A DNA stretch of 64,000 nt, from NCBI GenBank assembly GCA_043799545.1, contig JAZDNO010000009.1:1-64000 (forward strand), given 5' to 3'. Positions within the stretch are counted from its first letter, which is position 1. Every line of letters starts with the position of its first letter. Made by a program: the position numbers and the translations under genes. Below, in pieces: positions 28,057 to 36,773 of this stretch. The notes under the pieces were generated by a model. That model was not told where the DNA came from. It did no database searches and was given only the letters and a program-made list of their open reading frames with translations. This stretch comes from Methanobacteriota archaeon. GTDB lineage: Archaea > Thermoplasmatota > Thermoplasmata > SG8-5 > DAIRED01.

Positions 28057-28500
28057 TCAAGCATCCTTGTCCTTTCTCTTTGAGAAGTACGTAATGTCGT
28101 TGTGGCGGACGTATCCCATCGATTCCATGAAGGCGAGCGACGGGGTGTTTTCGTCCTCGACCAGTGCGGTCACCAGGAGGAGCCCCATCTCGTCCGCAAG
28201 TCGCTCCAGTTCGCGGACCAGCGCGGCGGCCACCCCCTTCCTCCGGCTCCCGGGATGGACTGCCAGGCGGTTGACGTACATCTTGCGCCCGTCCTGGGTT
28301 CCGAATATGACCCCGATAATTTTTCCGCCCTCCTCCGCGACGAGGAAAACCGCCATAGGCATCCCGAGTTCGCGCCCGACGCGCTCAGGGCTGTCGCGAC
28401 CATCCGGTCGGTAAGACAGGCCAGCCTTCTTCCAGAGCTCCACGACAGCGTCGTAGTCGGCGATTGTCATTCTTCTTATCTTCAATGAACTCAATACCAA
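28057..28500 (-). CDS. GNAT acetyltransferase (YpeA-like)
   Basis: LAVHPGSRRKGVA acetyl-CoA motif. Confidence 0.9.
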   Translation of the reverse strand: MVLSSLKIRRMTIADYDAVVELWKKAGLSYRPDGRDSPERVGRELGMPMAVFLVAEEGGKIIGVIFGTQDGRKMYVNRLAVHPGSRRKGVAAALVRELERLADEMGLLLVTALVEDENTPSLAFMESMGYVRHNDITYFSKRKDKDA

Positions 28501-29486
28501 ACCTCCTTCCAGGCTTCCCAGGCGGGTCTAGCCTCGCCATCATGTGTCCACAGCCCCATTGAGGAGAACGGCACGGGTGTCCCCGGCTGGTCGAACATGA
28601 ATGCCCATATCACCATCTCGGCGTGGTCGTAATCCACGAGGTCGAAGAACGTTTCCACGAACTGTGCCTGCGCTCCTTCGCTGCTCTCCCATCCCATTGG
28701 TTCCACGCCAGCGTGCCAGCCGACTTCGGTGAATGCGGGTCGCTTGTCAGTCTTGTCTCCGATGGAGGAATAATAGTCCTCTGGAATCCCCGATGGATCC
28801 TTGTAAACGAGGCATGGATATGTCGTGAATCCCGTCAAATCGGCATCTGGGAAGTCGTCCAGAAGTTCCCACTCGCCTGACCCGTTCATCCCGCCGAAGA
28901 GCCCCCCCTTAAGCCCCTTCATCCTCTCCAGCTGGAACACCGTGAAGACCTTCGTGCCAGGCGACACGGATTTAACAGCATCGTACGCGTCCGCGAAGAG
29001 GCCGACGAAAGCGACGTAGTCCGCCGGGCTCTTCTCCTGCAGGATGTTGACTTCGATGCCAAGCGCCAGGTACTGCGGCTTGTGCTCCCGGCAAAAATCC
29101 TCAGCCCACTGGATGTACAGCGCCTTGTTGGCGGCGTTCAGCGGCCTGAGCAGTTCTCCAGATGAGGCGTCGAAGAACTGCGCCTCCACAACCGGGATGT
29201 AATAGTTGGCTTTCGCGAGCCCGACCAGCGTGGCGGGCGCACCATCGTCCTCGCCCAACTCTGCCCAGTCCCCCGCCCACGATACGACCTCGCCGGCGTC
29301 GTTCTGTAAATCTAGGAAGGTTTCGAAATCGCCGCCCTGGAAGCTTTTTGGCGTGAGCGTCACGCCCTTCAAAGCGCCAGGTATCCCGCCAGTCGGGTGA
29401 CGCTGGTTGAGCGCCACCAACGCCGCAGCCGCTATTAATGTGAATGCCACGAGCGATGCTATAGCCGCCTTCAGCAGAACGTCCAT
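28491..29486 (-). CDS. Membrane-anchored TIM-barrel glycoside-hydrolase-like protein
   Basis: N-terminal TM helix; GIEVN and FTEVGW acid/nucleophile-like motifs; ends WEAWK. Confidence 0.6.
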   Translation of the reverse strand: MDVLLKAAIASLVAFTLIAAAALVALNQRHPTGGIPGALKGVTLTPKSFQGGDFETFLDLQNDAGEVVSWAGDWAELGEDDGAPATLVGLAKANYYIPVVEAQFFDASSGELLRPLNAANKALYIQWAEDFCREHKPQYLALGIEVNILQEKSPADYVAFVGLFADAYDAVKSVSPGTKVFTVFQLERMKGLKGGLFGGMNGSGEWELLDDFPDADLTGFTTYPCLVYKDPSGIPEDYYSSIGDKTDKRPAFTEVGWHAGVEPMGWESSEGAQAQFVETFFDLVDYDHAEMVIWAFMFDQPGTPVPFSSMGLWTHDGEARPAWEAWKEVWY

Positions 29487-29600
29487 GCCAACTCCGCGCA
29501 GGGCATCGGTGAGGCGGCATTAATTATTATCGCCCCGAGTAGAACCTCACCCGGAGGACGCACCAATACCTTTTTTACCGTCCTCCCCATTGCCAACCAC

Positions 29601-30215
29601 ATGCAGGACTACAATGCGCTGCTCCTGAGGGCGCGCTCAAAGATACCGCAGTCGATGGCGAGCGGCGAGAGAGTCATCCTTCCAGAGCCGGACATCATGG
29701 TCGAGGGGAAGAACACCGTCCTGAAGAACTTCATGGACATCGTGGAAGCAGTGCGCCGCGAGCCGGACCACCTGCTCCATTACCTGCTGAGGGAGCTGGG
29801 CACCGCCGGGAATGTGGAGGGGCGAAGGGCGATACTCAAGCGCAAGCTCTCCGACGTCCAGGTGCGCGAGCGCCTCCAGACTTACTACCAGATGTACGTC
29901 ATATGCACCGAGTGCAACCGCCCGGACAGCCACCTCGTCAAAGAGGACAGGGTTCTGATGCTCGAGTGCGAGGCGTGCGGCGCCAGGCGCCCCGTCAAGG
30001 CCATCAAGGCTGCGACCGAGGAGAAGGTCGCGGTGCTCGAAGAGGGCAAGGTCTACGAGGTCATGATTGAAGACGTGGGCAAGAGGGGCGACGGGATAGC
30101 CAGGGTCGACAAGTACATCATCTACGTCCCAGGAGCCTCGCGCGGCGACAAGGTGAAGGTCAAGATTGAGAAGATAACTGGCACGACCGCATTCTGCCAC
30201 ATCTCGAACGAGTGA
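29601..30215 (+). CDS. eif2b: Translation initiation factor aIF-2 beta with TRAM domain
   Basis: RELGTAG, CTECNRPDS..CEACGA; C-terminal GKRGDGIARV..YVPG. Confidence 0.95.
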   Translation: MQDYNALLLRARSKIPQSMASGERVILPEPDIMVEGKNTVLKNFMDIVEAVRREPDHLLHYLLRELGTAGNVEGRRAILKRKLSDVQVRERLQTYYQMYVICTECNRPDSHLVKEDRVLMLECEACGARRPVKAIKAATEEKVAVLEEGKVYEVMIEDVGKRGDGIARVDKYIIYVPGASRGDKVKVKIEKITGTTAFCHISNE

Positions 30216-30221
30216 GCCAAG

Positions 30222-31181
30222 ATGCCCGCCGGCTCCAAGGAGTTCCGCACAGTCGCGACGATGGGCGCGGTGATGGTGGCGACGCAGCTTCTGGCGCTGG
30301 TCGTGGCCACGCCGTTCAAGGACGCGGGGTTCCAGGCCTTCGAGGACCCGAGCGACCCGATGAACCCGTTGCTGTACCTGGTGGCCATAATCCTGTTCTC
30401 CGCGCTCATACTCGCCATTGTGAAGCTGGGCAAGAAGAACATCATCAAGGCCATCATCCTCTTCGCCACGTGGGCCGTGATTCTGGATGTCTTCCTCATA
30501 GTTTTCGCGAACGCGCTCTACTACGGCCTGTCCGTCGATTCGTGGCTCTGGGAAATCTCGCTCGCTCTCGCCGCGGTCGTCGCCAGCGCGATAACATACG
30601 TGCTCGTCGTGAACCCCGAATGGTACGTCGTCAACGCTGTGGGCATCCTGGTCGGGGCAGGGGTCGCGTCCATCCTCGGCATCTCGCTCTGGATACTCCC
30701 GATGCTCATCCTGCTCGTCGCGCTGGCAATCTACGATGCCATCTCCGTCTACAAGACGAAGCACATGATTTCCCTGGCCGACGCGGTCACGGAGCAGCAC
30801 CTCCCGGTCCTGATGGTCTTCCCGAAGGATGAAGGATACTCGTTCAAGGAGCAGAAGGGAATCAAGGAGGAAATCGACCAGGGCAAGGAGCGGGAGGCGA
30901 TGTTCATAGGGCTCGGGGACATAGTCATCCCCGGGGCGCTCGTCGTCTCCGCTTTCATCAACCTCCCGCCGGAGTACATTGGCGAGATGTTCAAGCCCCT
31001 TCTGGTCGCAGCGGGGACGATGGTCGGAATCGTCGCTGGCTTTTCCGTCCTCATGCGCTACGTCCTCAAGGGGAATCCGCAGGCGGGGCTGCCGCTGCTC
31101 AACGGAGGGGCAATCATCGGATACGCCTTTTCATATGTTCTGCTCTACCAGAATCTGACGTTCGGAATAAGCCTGGGGTGA
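30222..31181 (+). CDS. Presenilin/SPP-like intramembrane aspartyl protease
   Basis: YDAISV, GLGD and AGLP motifs; about nine TM helices. Confidence 0.93.
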   Translation: MPAGSKEFRTVATMGAVMVATQLLALVVATPFKDAGFQAFEDPSDPMNPLLYLVAIILFSALILAIVKLGKKNIIKAIILFATWAVILDVFLIVFANALYYGLSVDSWLWEISLALAAVVASAITYVLVVNPEWYVVNAVGILVGAGVASILGISLWILPMLILLVALAIYDAISVYKTKHMISLADAVTEQHLPVLMVFPKDEGYSFKEQKGIKEEIDQGKEREAMFIGLGDIVIPGALVVSAFINLPPEYIGEMFKPLLVAAGTMVGIVAGFSVLMRYVLKGNPQAGLPLLNGGAIIGYAFSYVLLYQNLTFGISLG

Positions 31182-31185
31182 GCGT

Positions 31186-31809
31186 TTGAGGCTCGTGCTG
31201 GTTTCGGACCTGCATTCCTCCGCGCGAGCCCTCGATAGGATTTCCAATCTCGCCCGCGAGGTTGAGCCAGACGCAATCCTCATCGCCGGCGACCTGACGA
31301 CTTTCGGGCCGCCGGGATACGTGGACGAGGTAGCAAAACTCGCTGAGTGCAGGATATTGGCCGTTACCGGCAACTGCGACGTTCCCGAGGTCGCCGTCAA
31401 GATGGATGCCGCGGCCATCAACGTCTCCGACAGCATCGTTCGACTGGGCGGCCTCGACGTTGCTGGCGTCGCATGGGCTGGAGGGAAACGCGTCTTCGAG
31501 GCTATGAACCAAGGCCTTGCAGCGAGGCTCGCGGAGCGCGACGAATCCCGACCGCTCATCGTTCTGTCCCATTGTCCGGCGCTCGGTACTCTCGACGAGA
31601 TAAAGCCCGGGCAGCACATCGGGAGTCTAGCAATATCCGAGCTCGTCGCCTCGGCCAGACCCACCGCGCTCTTTTCCGGCCACGCGCACGAGGCCCGCGG
31701 GCTCTTGCGGTCTGATGGGACGGTCTACGCCAACCCTGGACCGGCGATGGAAGGCCATGCCGCGCTGGCGACCTACGAAAACGGCAGGATGGACGCAGCC
31801 CTTCTGTAA
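31186..31809 (+). CDS. Metallophosphoesterase
   Basis: SDLH, AGDLT, GNCD, SHCP and GHAHE motifs. Confidence 0.9.
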   Translation: MRLVLVSDLHSSARALDRISNLAREVEPDAILIAGDLTTFGPPGYVDEVAKLAECRILAVTGNCDVPEVAVKMDAAAINVSDSIVRLGGLDVAGVAWAGGKRVFEAMNQGLAARLAERDESRPLIVLSHCPALGTLDEIKPGQHIGSLAISELVASARPTALFSGHAHEARGLLRSDGTVYANPGPAMEGHAALATYENGRMDAALL

Positions 31810-31858
31810 ATCGCGACAAACTATTTCTATCGCTAGGTGGTTGCTAGGCGGGGAGCGC

Positions 31859-32554
31859 ATGATAAGAACGTATATTCAGGGGTTCGACGAGGCGCTGGGC
31901 GGCGGGATTCCGGAGGGTCATGTGGTCATGGTATCGGGAACTCCGGGAACCATGAAATCGTCCTTCCTGGCGAGCATCCTCTACCAGAACTCTTGCAGGA
32001 ACGGCATGAAGGGCCTCTACATTTCCCTGGAGGAGAGCAAGGAGAGCCTCCAGAAGATGATGGCGAACCTTGAGATGAAGGAGATTGACGAGGAGAAGAT
32101 GTTCATCGTCGACATCGGCAAGCTGAGGCTGGAGCACAGGAGCGCCGACGACAACCAGGACTGGTTCAAGGTTCTGACGGATTACCTGAAGCGGAGGGTC
32201 GCGGAGGATGGCATGAAGATAGTCGTTCTCGATTCGCTGACCGCCCTGTACAGCCTCGTGGAGTTCAACAACCCGCGCCAGGACCTGTTCCATTTCTTCG
32301 GTTTCCTGAAGCGCCTGGGGGTGACGACGTTCCTCATCTCGGAGATGAACCCGGACTCGAACGCCTTCGGGCCGTTCAGGGAGGACTTCCTCGTGGATGG
32401 GAACATCTACCTCAAGCAGCACGAGGTCGGAGACACCGACGTCCAGCTGAGGATGCGCTGCGTCAAGATGCGCCACGTGAACCACTACAGGGGGTATTAC
32501 GCGCTGATATACCGGGATAACGGGTTTATGGTGACGAGAGTGATATCGGACTGA
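31859..32554 (+). CDS. RAD55/KaiC-like ATPase
   Basis: GFDEALGGGIP, GTPGTMKS, VVLDSL, DG.I.L and KMR motifs. Confidence 0.9.
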   Translation: MIRTYIQGFDEALGGGIPEGHVVMVSGTPGTMKSSFLASILYQNSCRNGMKGLYISLEESKESLQKMMANLEMKEIDEEKMFIVDIGKLRLEHRSADDNQDWFKVLTDYLKRRVAEDGMKIVVLDSLTALYSLVEFNNPRQDLFHFFGFLKRLGVTTFLISEMNPDSNAFGPFREDFLVDGNIYLKQHEVGDTDVQLRMRCVKMRHVNHYRGYYALIYRDNGFMVTRVISD

Positions 32555-32650
32555 GCCCCACAGATGATATCATGATTGTCAGCGATTATAGACTTGTACT
32601 GGCACTACCGCAAATGACAGATACCAAAATATTGAAAGGCTGTTGCTGGC

Positions 32651-33040
32651 TCAGTACGACCCCTTTATCTTGTTCCTGTCGACGACTATGCCGCCAGGGG
32701 TCGCGATGAGCATGTGCTTCCCAATGCCCGCGACGTCTCCGCCCGTGTCCTGAGCCACCGCCTTCAGGTCGGCGATGATGCGCTTGAGCGTCGATTCGTC
32801 GTTGGCTATCGATTCGTAGTCCACGATGAGGATGTTGTTGGCGTAGAGGTTCTCGGTAAGGTTGCCGAGGTCTTCGTACCTGTAAATCTCCGCAACCCGC
32901 ACCGCGGCGCGCCCACCTGCGACGCCGGCCGTCGCTGGCCCCTCGTCGAATTTCATGTCGCCCAGGTCGAGATAGTGGTCCTCGACTCCGCCCTCCTTCG
33001 CGCGCTTGAACGGCTTCCTTTTCATAATACCGGTTGTCAT
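32651..33040 (-). CDS. sepF: Cell division protein SepF
   Basis: NILIVDY, GGDVAGIG..LIATPGGIVVDR. Confidence 0.85.
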   Translation of the reverse strand: MTTGIMKRKPFKRAKEGGVEDHYLDLGDMKFDEGPATAGVAGGRAAVRVAEIYRYEDLGNLTENLYANNILIVDYESIANDESTLKRIIADLKAVAQDTGGDVAGIGKHMLIATPGGIVVDRNKIKGSY

Positions 33041-33239
33041 CCCAACCACTCCGTTGCTTGATGGCATAACTGCTGCTCGACATATTAACCTTTTCGGTAC
33101 TGCCCCTCTAGCGTCCGCCCGAGCCGGCTATGGACCACCAGTGACCTCGCGGGACCACAAACAGACTCACGACAAAGCTATTATACCCCTAGCGATTATG
33201 CCGCCCTACACCACAACCGGCCATGCTGGAGGACATAGA

Positions 33240-33695
33240 ATGACTAATGTGCAGGACGTTCCCGCCGACAAGCTCATCGACATGATGGCGGAAAAGCTGA
33301 AGACGAACGAGAAGATAGTGGCTCCCGAGTGGGCCGGCCACGTGAAAACAGGAATCCACAGGGAGAAGGCGCCGACGGAGAAAGACTGGTGGTACCGCCG
33401 CGTGGCAGCGGTGATGAGGAAGGTCTACATCTACGGACCCATAGGCACGGAGCAGCTCAGCGCCAAGTTCGGGGGACCGAGGGACCGCGGCTCGAAGCCA
33501 AACAGGTCCAGGTCAGGCAGCAGGGCCATAATCCGCCTTTCCCTGAAGCAGTTGGAATCCTGCGGCTACCTCACTCCCTACAAGAAGCTTGGCCGCTCGA
33601 TAGCCCCGCCTGGCCAGAAATTCATGGACGCCGCCGCCCGAGAGGTGATGGCGGAGCTCGTGAAGACCAGGCCGGAGATGAACAAGTACGCCTGA
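33240..33695 (+). CDS. rps19e: 30S ribosomal protein S19e
   Basis: PEWA..VKTG..RE..P...DWWY.R.A; IIR..LKQLE. Confidence 0.97.
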   Translation: MTNVQDVPADKLIDMMAEKLKTNEKIVAPEWAGHVKTGIHREKAPTEKDWWYRRVAAVMRKVYIYGPIGTEQLSAKFGGPRDRGSKPNRSRSGSRAIIRLSLKQLESCGYLTPYKKLGRSIAPPGQKFMDAAAREVMAELVKTRPEMNKYA

Positions 33696-33706
33696 TGTGA
33701 GAGACA

Positions 33707-34036
33707 ATGGATGACGACGAGCTGCAGGCATTGAGAAGGAAGCGCATCGAGGAGATCCAGCGCAACCAGCAGGACGCCGCGGCGCAGCAGAAGCAGCGCG
33801 AGGCAGCCGAGGCCCAGATGCAGTCTGCGATGCGCCAGATACTCACGCCGGAGGCGCGCGAGAGGCTGGCGAGGCTGAAGATAGCCTACCCGGACGTCGT
33901 GGCCTCCGTCGAGCAGCAGCTCATAGGGCTGGCCCAGAGCGGGCGGCTCGACAGGATGATAGACGATAGTACCCTGCAGCAGATTCTGCAGAAGGTGCTT
34001 CCCGAAAGGCGGGACATCAAGATAAAGAGGATGTGA
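33707..34036 (+). CDS. PDCD5-like DNA-binding protein
   Basis: ILTPEARERLARL, VEQQLI.LAQSGR. Confidence 0.93.
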   Translation: MDDDELQALRRKRIEEIQRNQQDAAAQQKQREAAEAQMQSAMRQILTPEARERLARLKIAYPDVVASVEQQLIGLAQSGRLDRMIDDSTLQQILQKVLPERRDIKIKRM

Positions 34037-34050
34037 CGGAGAGTGAACAG

Positions 34051-34206
34051 ATGGCAAGAGTGAAGCAGCCCGCGAAGAAGGCGCGGATGATGGCGGCGAC
34101 GAAGGGCAACAGGCGCGTACCAGCCTGGGTGATGCAGAGGACCAACAGGAGGTTCCTCAGGCACCCGCAGCAGAGGATGTGGCGCAGGAGCCGGCTGCAG
34201 CCGTAA
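34051..34206 (+). CDS. rpl39e: 50S ribosomal protein L39e
   Basis: Translated by hand: NRRVPAWVMQRTNR..HP..RMWRRSRL; 51 aa; conserved operon position. Confidence 0.95.
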   Translation: MARVKQPAKKARMMAATKGNRRVPAWVMQRTNRRFLRHPQQRMWRRSRLQP

Positions 34207-34218
34207 CGGGGTGAAAAA

Positions 34219-34521
34219 ATGTCCGCCGACGATGCAAACGAATTCGAATCCAAGCCAGTCATAGTACCGCTGGGCAACGCGATAAAGGGGATACCCAAGA
34301 CCCAGAGGGCTGCGAGAGCGATAAAGGTGATAAAGCGCGCCGTGGCCAAGGCAATGAACGAGGAAACCACGGCTATCTGGATATTCGACGATGTGAACGA
34401 GGCCATTTGGGCGAGGGGCCGAGAGCGCCCGCCGAACAGGATAGTCGTCATGGCCGAGAGGATAGAGGAAGGCCACGTCGAAGTAAGGCTCCCCACCGAG
34501 GACGAGCTGGGCGACAACTAA
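34219..34521 (+). CDS. rpl31e: 50S ribosomal protein L31e
   Basis: RAARAIKVI, VNEAIWARGRERPP. Confidence 0.93.
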   Translation: MSADDANEFESKPVIVPLGNAIKGIPKTQRAARAIKVIKRAVAKAMNEETTAIWIFDDVNEAIWARGRERPPNRIVVMAERIEEGHVEVRLPTEDELGDN

Positions 34522-34536
34522 GCCTAAAGTGACCAC

Positions 34537-35193
34537 ATGATGAGAAAGGTGAACGTCTTCGGGAATCCGTACATAGGGGTTTTCTGCAGGGCGAACGAGA
34601 CGGTGGCGTGCGTCCCGCCTTCGATGGACGGGGAAACGAAGCATGCCGTCGCCGAGGTCTTGGACGCAGACCTGGTCGAGATGACCATCGACTCGTCGAT
34701 ACTGATTGGAAGCTTCATAGCCATGAACTCGCGCTGCGCTGTTGTAGCGGGCATGACCGCCGACTCTGAGGTCAGGGAGCTTGAGAAGAAGATGAAGGTC
34801 ATCAGGCTCCCGCACAGGCTCAACGCCGCGGGGAACAATGTCCTCGTGAACGACCACGGGGCGCTGCTCAATCCCGGCCTGGACCAGAGGAGCGTTGACC
34901 TCATCGCGCGGGAGATGGACGTGAAGGTCGTGCGCGGGACGATAGCTGGGACGATGACTGTCGGCTCCGCCGGCGTTGTGACGAACAAAGGGATGCTGTG
35001 CCATCCCAGAGCGACGGAGGAGGAGCGCGCGAAGCTCTCGAAGCTCTTCGGGGTGCCGGTGCAGATAGCGACCGCTTGCTATGGTACGGCGCTTGTAGGC
35101 GCGTGCATGGCTGCGAATTCAAAGGGATGCGTGGTCGGGTCGACATCGACGCCTATCGAAATGGGAAGGATAGAAGACGGCTTATTCTTATAA
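34537..35193 (+). CDS. eif6: Translation initiation factor 6
   Basis: GNPYIGVF, AAGNNVLVND.GAL, GTALVGAC..ANSKG, IEDGL. Confidence 0.96.
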   Translation: MMRKVNVFGNPYIGVFCRANETVACVPPSMDGETKHAVAEVLDADLVEMTIDSSILIGSFIAMNSRCAVVAGMTADSEVRELEKKMKVIRLPHRLNAAGNNVLVNDHGALLNPGLDQRSVDLIAREMDVKVVRGTIAGTMTVGSAGVVTNKGMLCHPRATEEERAKLSKLFGVPVQIATACYGTALVGACMAANSKGCVVGSTSTPIEMGRIEDGLFL

Positions 35194-35231
35194 GACGGTT
35201 TTACCATTTGATGTATTATTAATTTCGCTGA

Positions 35232-35870
35232 TTACAGACCGAAGGCCCATATCTCCATACTTGTCGGAAGGTCTTCCGCCTCGAACTCAATCTCGCTCCC
35301 GACCTCGCGCACTTCGACGCTCTCTGGATAGAGCTTCGTGAACTCCTTCAACGGCGCGATTGCCAGCTTCAGTCCGCCGAACTTGAAGTGCATCGGTATC
35401 GCAATCCTAGGACCGATCTTCGCGACAGTTTCCATGGCCCCCTTCGCATCCACTGTATACAATCCGCCGACTGGCACCATCAGGATGTCCACCCTGCCAA
35501 TATGCGCCACCTGCTCGCCCGTCGGGACGTGCCCGAGGTCGCCCATGTGCGCGAACCGGACGCCGTCCAACTCGAAGACGAAAGCGACGTTCTTACCGCG
35601 CTTGCTGCCTCCCATTTCGTCGTGGCAGGTTTCAACTCCGAGGATTCTCACTCCCTTCTCGTGGTGCTCCCCTGCGCCTTTGACGACTGCGGGCGTTCCC
35701 TTGACTGCAGAAACTGCGTTGTGGTCGTAGTGGTCGTGGCTCACTAGCACGACGTCTGGCGCGGTCCTCGGAGGCGTCAGCCCGATGGAATGCCCGTCGT
35801 GCGGGTCCGTTAGCACCTTGACCTTCCCCGAGACTTCGAAACACGAATGCCCGTGCCACTTCATCCTCAT
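35232..35870 (-). CDS. MBL-fold metallo-hydrolase
   Basis: WHGHSCF, SHDHYDH, HMGDLGH and IPMH motifs. Confidence 0.92.
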   Translation of the reverse strand: MRMKWHGHSCFEVSGKVKVLTDPHDGHSIGLTPPRTAPDVVLVSHDHYDHNAVSAVKGTPAVVKGAGEHHEKGVRILGVETCHDEMGGSKRGKNVAFVFELDGVRFAHMGDLGHVPTGEQVAHIGRVDILMVPVGGLYTVDAKGAMETVAKIGPRIAIPMHFKFGGLKLAIAPLKEFTKLYPESVEVREVGSEIEFEAEDLPTSMEIWAFGL

Positions 35871-35945
35871 CGCTTGCTCCCCCGACGGTGAATCGGCTTC
35901 TCCGTATTTAATTTGTGCTGATTAATCGATGACGCTTGGCGGTCG

Positions 35946-36039
35946 CGAGCCAGTCAATCATTCGCTGATGACCCACCGAGTCAATTGCCAGCATTCGGTG
36001 TGGCTCGAAAGGGTCAATCGCCTTATTCGCTGATGACCC
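35946..36039 (-). repeat. 15-bp duplication of the RAD55-like gene 3' end with foldback spacer
   Basis: ATTCGCTGATGACCC at 35960-35974 and 36025-36039; inverted CGAGCCA/TGGCTCG. Confidence 0.85.
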
Positions 36040-36724
36040 TCGTGGCCCTGAACACCCCGTCCTGGAACAACAGCGTGTAGTAGTTCGGGCTGTGCGTGGT
36101 CGAGCGCATCTTCACGCACCTGATTCGCCTGGTGACGTTCACATCGTCGACCTTCTCCATCTTCAAGTGGATTATACCGTCCGCCAGGAAGTCCTCGTCG
36201 TGGTTGGCGTACGTGTCTGAACCGGTCTTCATCTCCGAGATTATGAACGTGGTGACCTTCAATTCCCTCAGCCACTCGAAAAAGTGGAACAGCTCCGTCC
36301 GCGGGTTCTCGAACTCGGCGAGCATCTCCAGTATCGGCAGCGAGTCTATGACCAGAATCTTGTAATCGAGGCTCTCCTTGACGTTCTGAGCGTAGGTCTT
36401 GAATATCTGCATCCACGTCTGCTGGCCGAGCTTCTCCAGGTTCTTGCGGATGAGGGCCAGGTCGACTATGCTCACGCGCGACTCCACGTCCGCGGGGTCC
36501 ATCCCCATCGAGGCCATCTGCTGGCAGAGGCTGTCCCGACCCTGCTCAAGCGTGATGTAGACTCCGATGCGGTTCTCCTCCTTCGCGTTGTGAAAGAGAG
36601 TATAGAAGACTATGGAGGACTTCAGGGTTCCGGGCTCGCCCGCGACCAGGACTATGTTCCCCTCTGGAACGCCACCGGCCATCTTCTCGTCAAATCCCTG
36701 GATGTGAGTCGGGATGCGTATCAT
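36023..36724 (-). CDS. RAD55/KaiC-like ATPase (second paralog)
   Basis: GFDEKMAGGVP, GEPGTLKS, LVIDSL, DGIIHL and KMR motifs. Confidence 0.9.
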   Translation of the reverse strand: MIRIPTHIQGFDEKMAGGVPEGNIVLVAGEPGTLKSSIVFYTLFHNAKEENRIGVYITLEQGRDSLCQQMASMGMDPADVESRVSIVDLALIRKNLEKLGQQTWMQIFKTYAQNVKESLDYKILVIDSLPILEMLAEFENPRTELFHFFEWLRELKVTTFIISEMKTGSDTYANHDEDFLADGIIHLKMEKVDDVNVTRRIRCVKMRSTTHSPNYYTLLFQDGVFRATRVISE

Positions 36725-36773
36725 TTTCAATCGCCGAAGTAAAAGCGGTCTTCGTGGTATATAATTGTTTCCA

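Noticed and set aside
32530-32660. Foldback-like matches after the first RAD55 and sepF stops (TGATATC, GTACTG)
   Set aside because: Only 6-7 bp, partly self-palindromic, with no direct duplication and no shared core; compatible with chance
35193-35232. rplX/prefoldin/ftsY missing after eif6
   Set aside because: Operon breakage here is common; absence from the genome cannot be judged from this window
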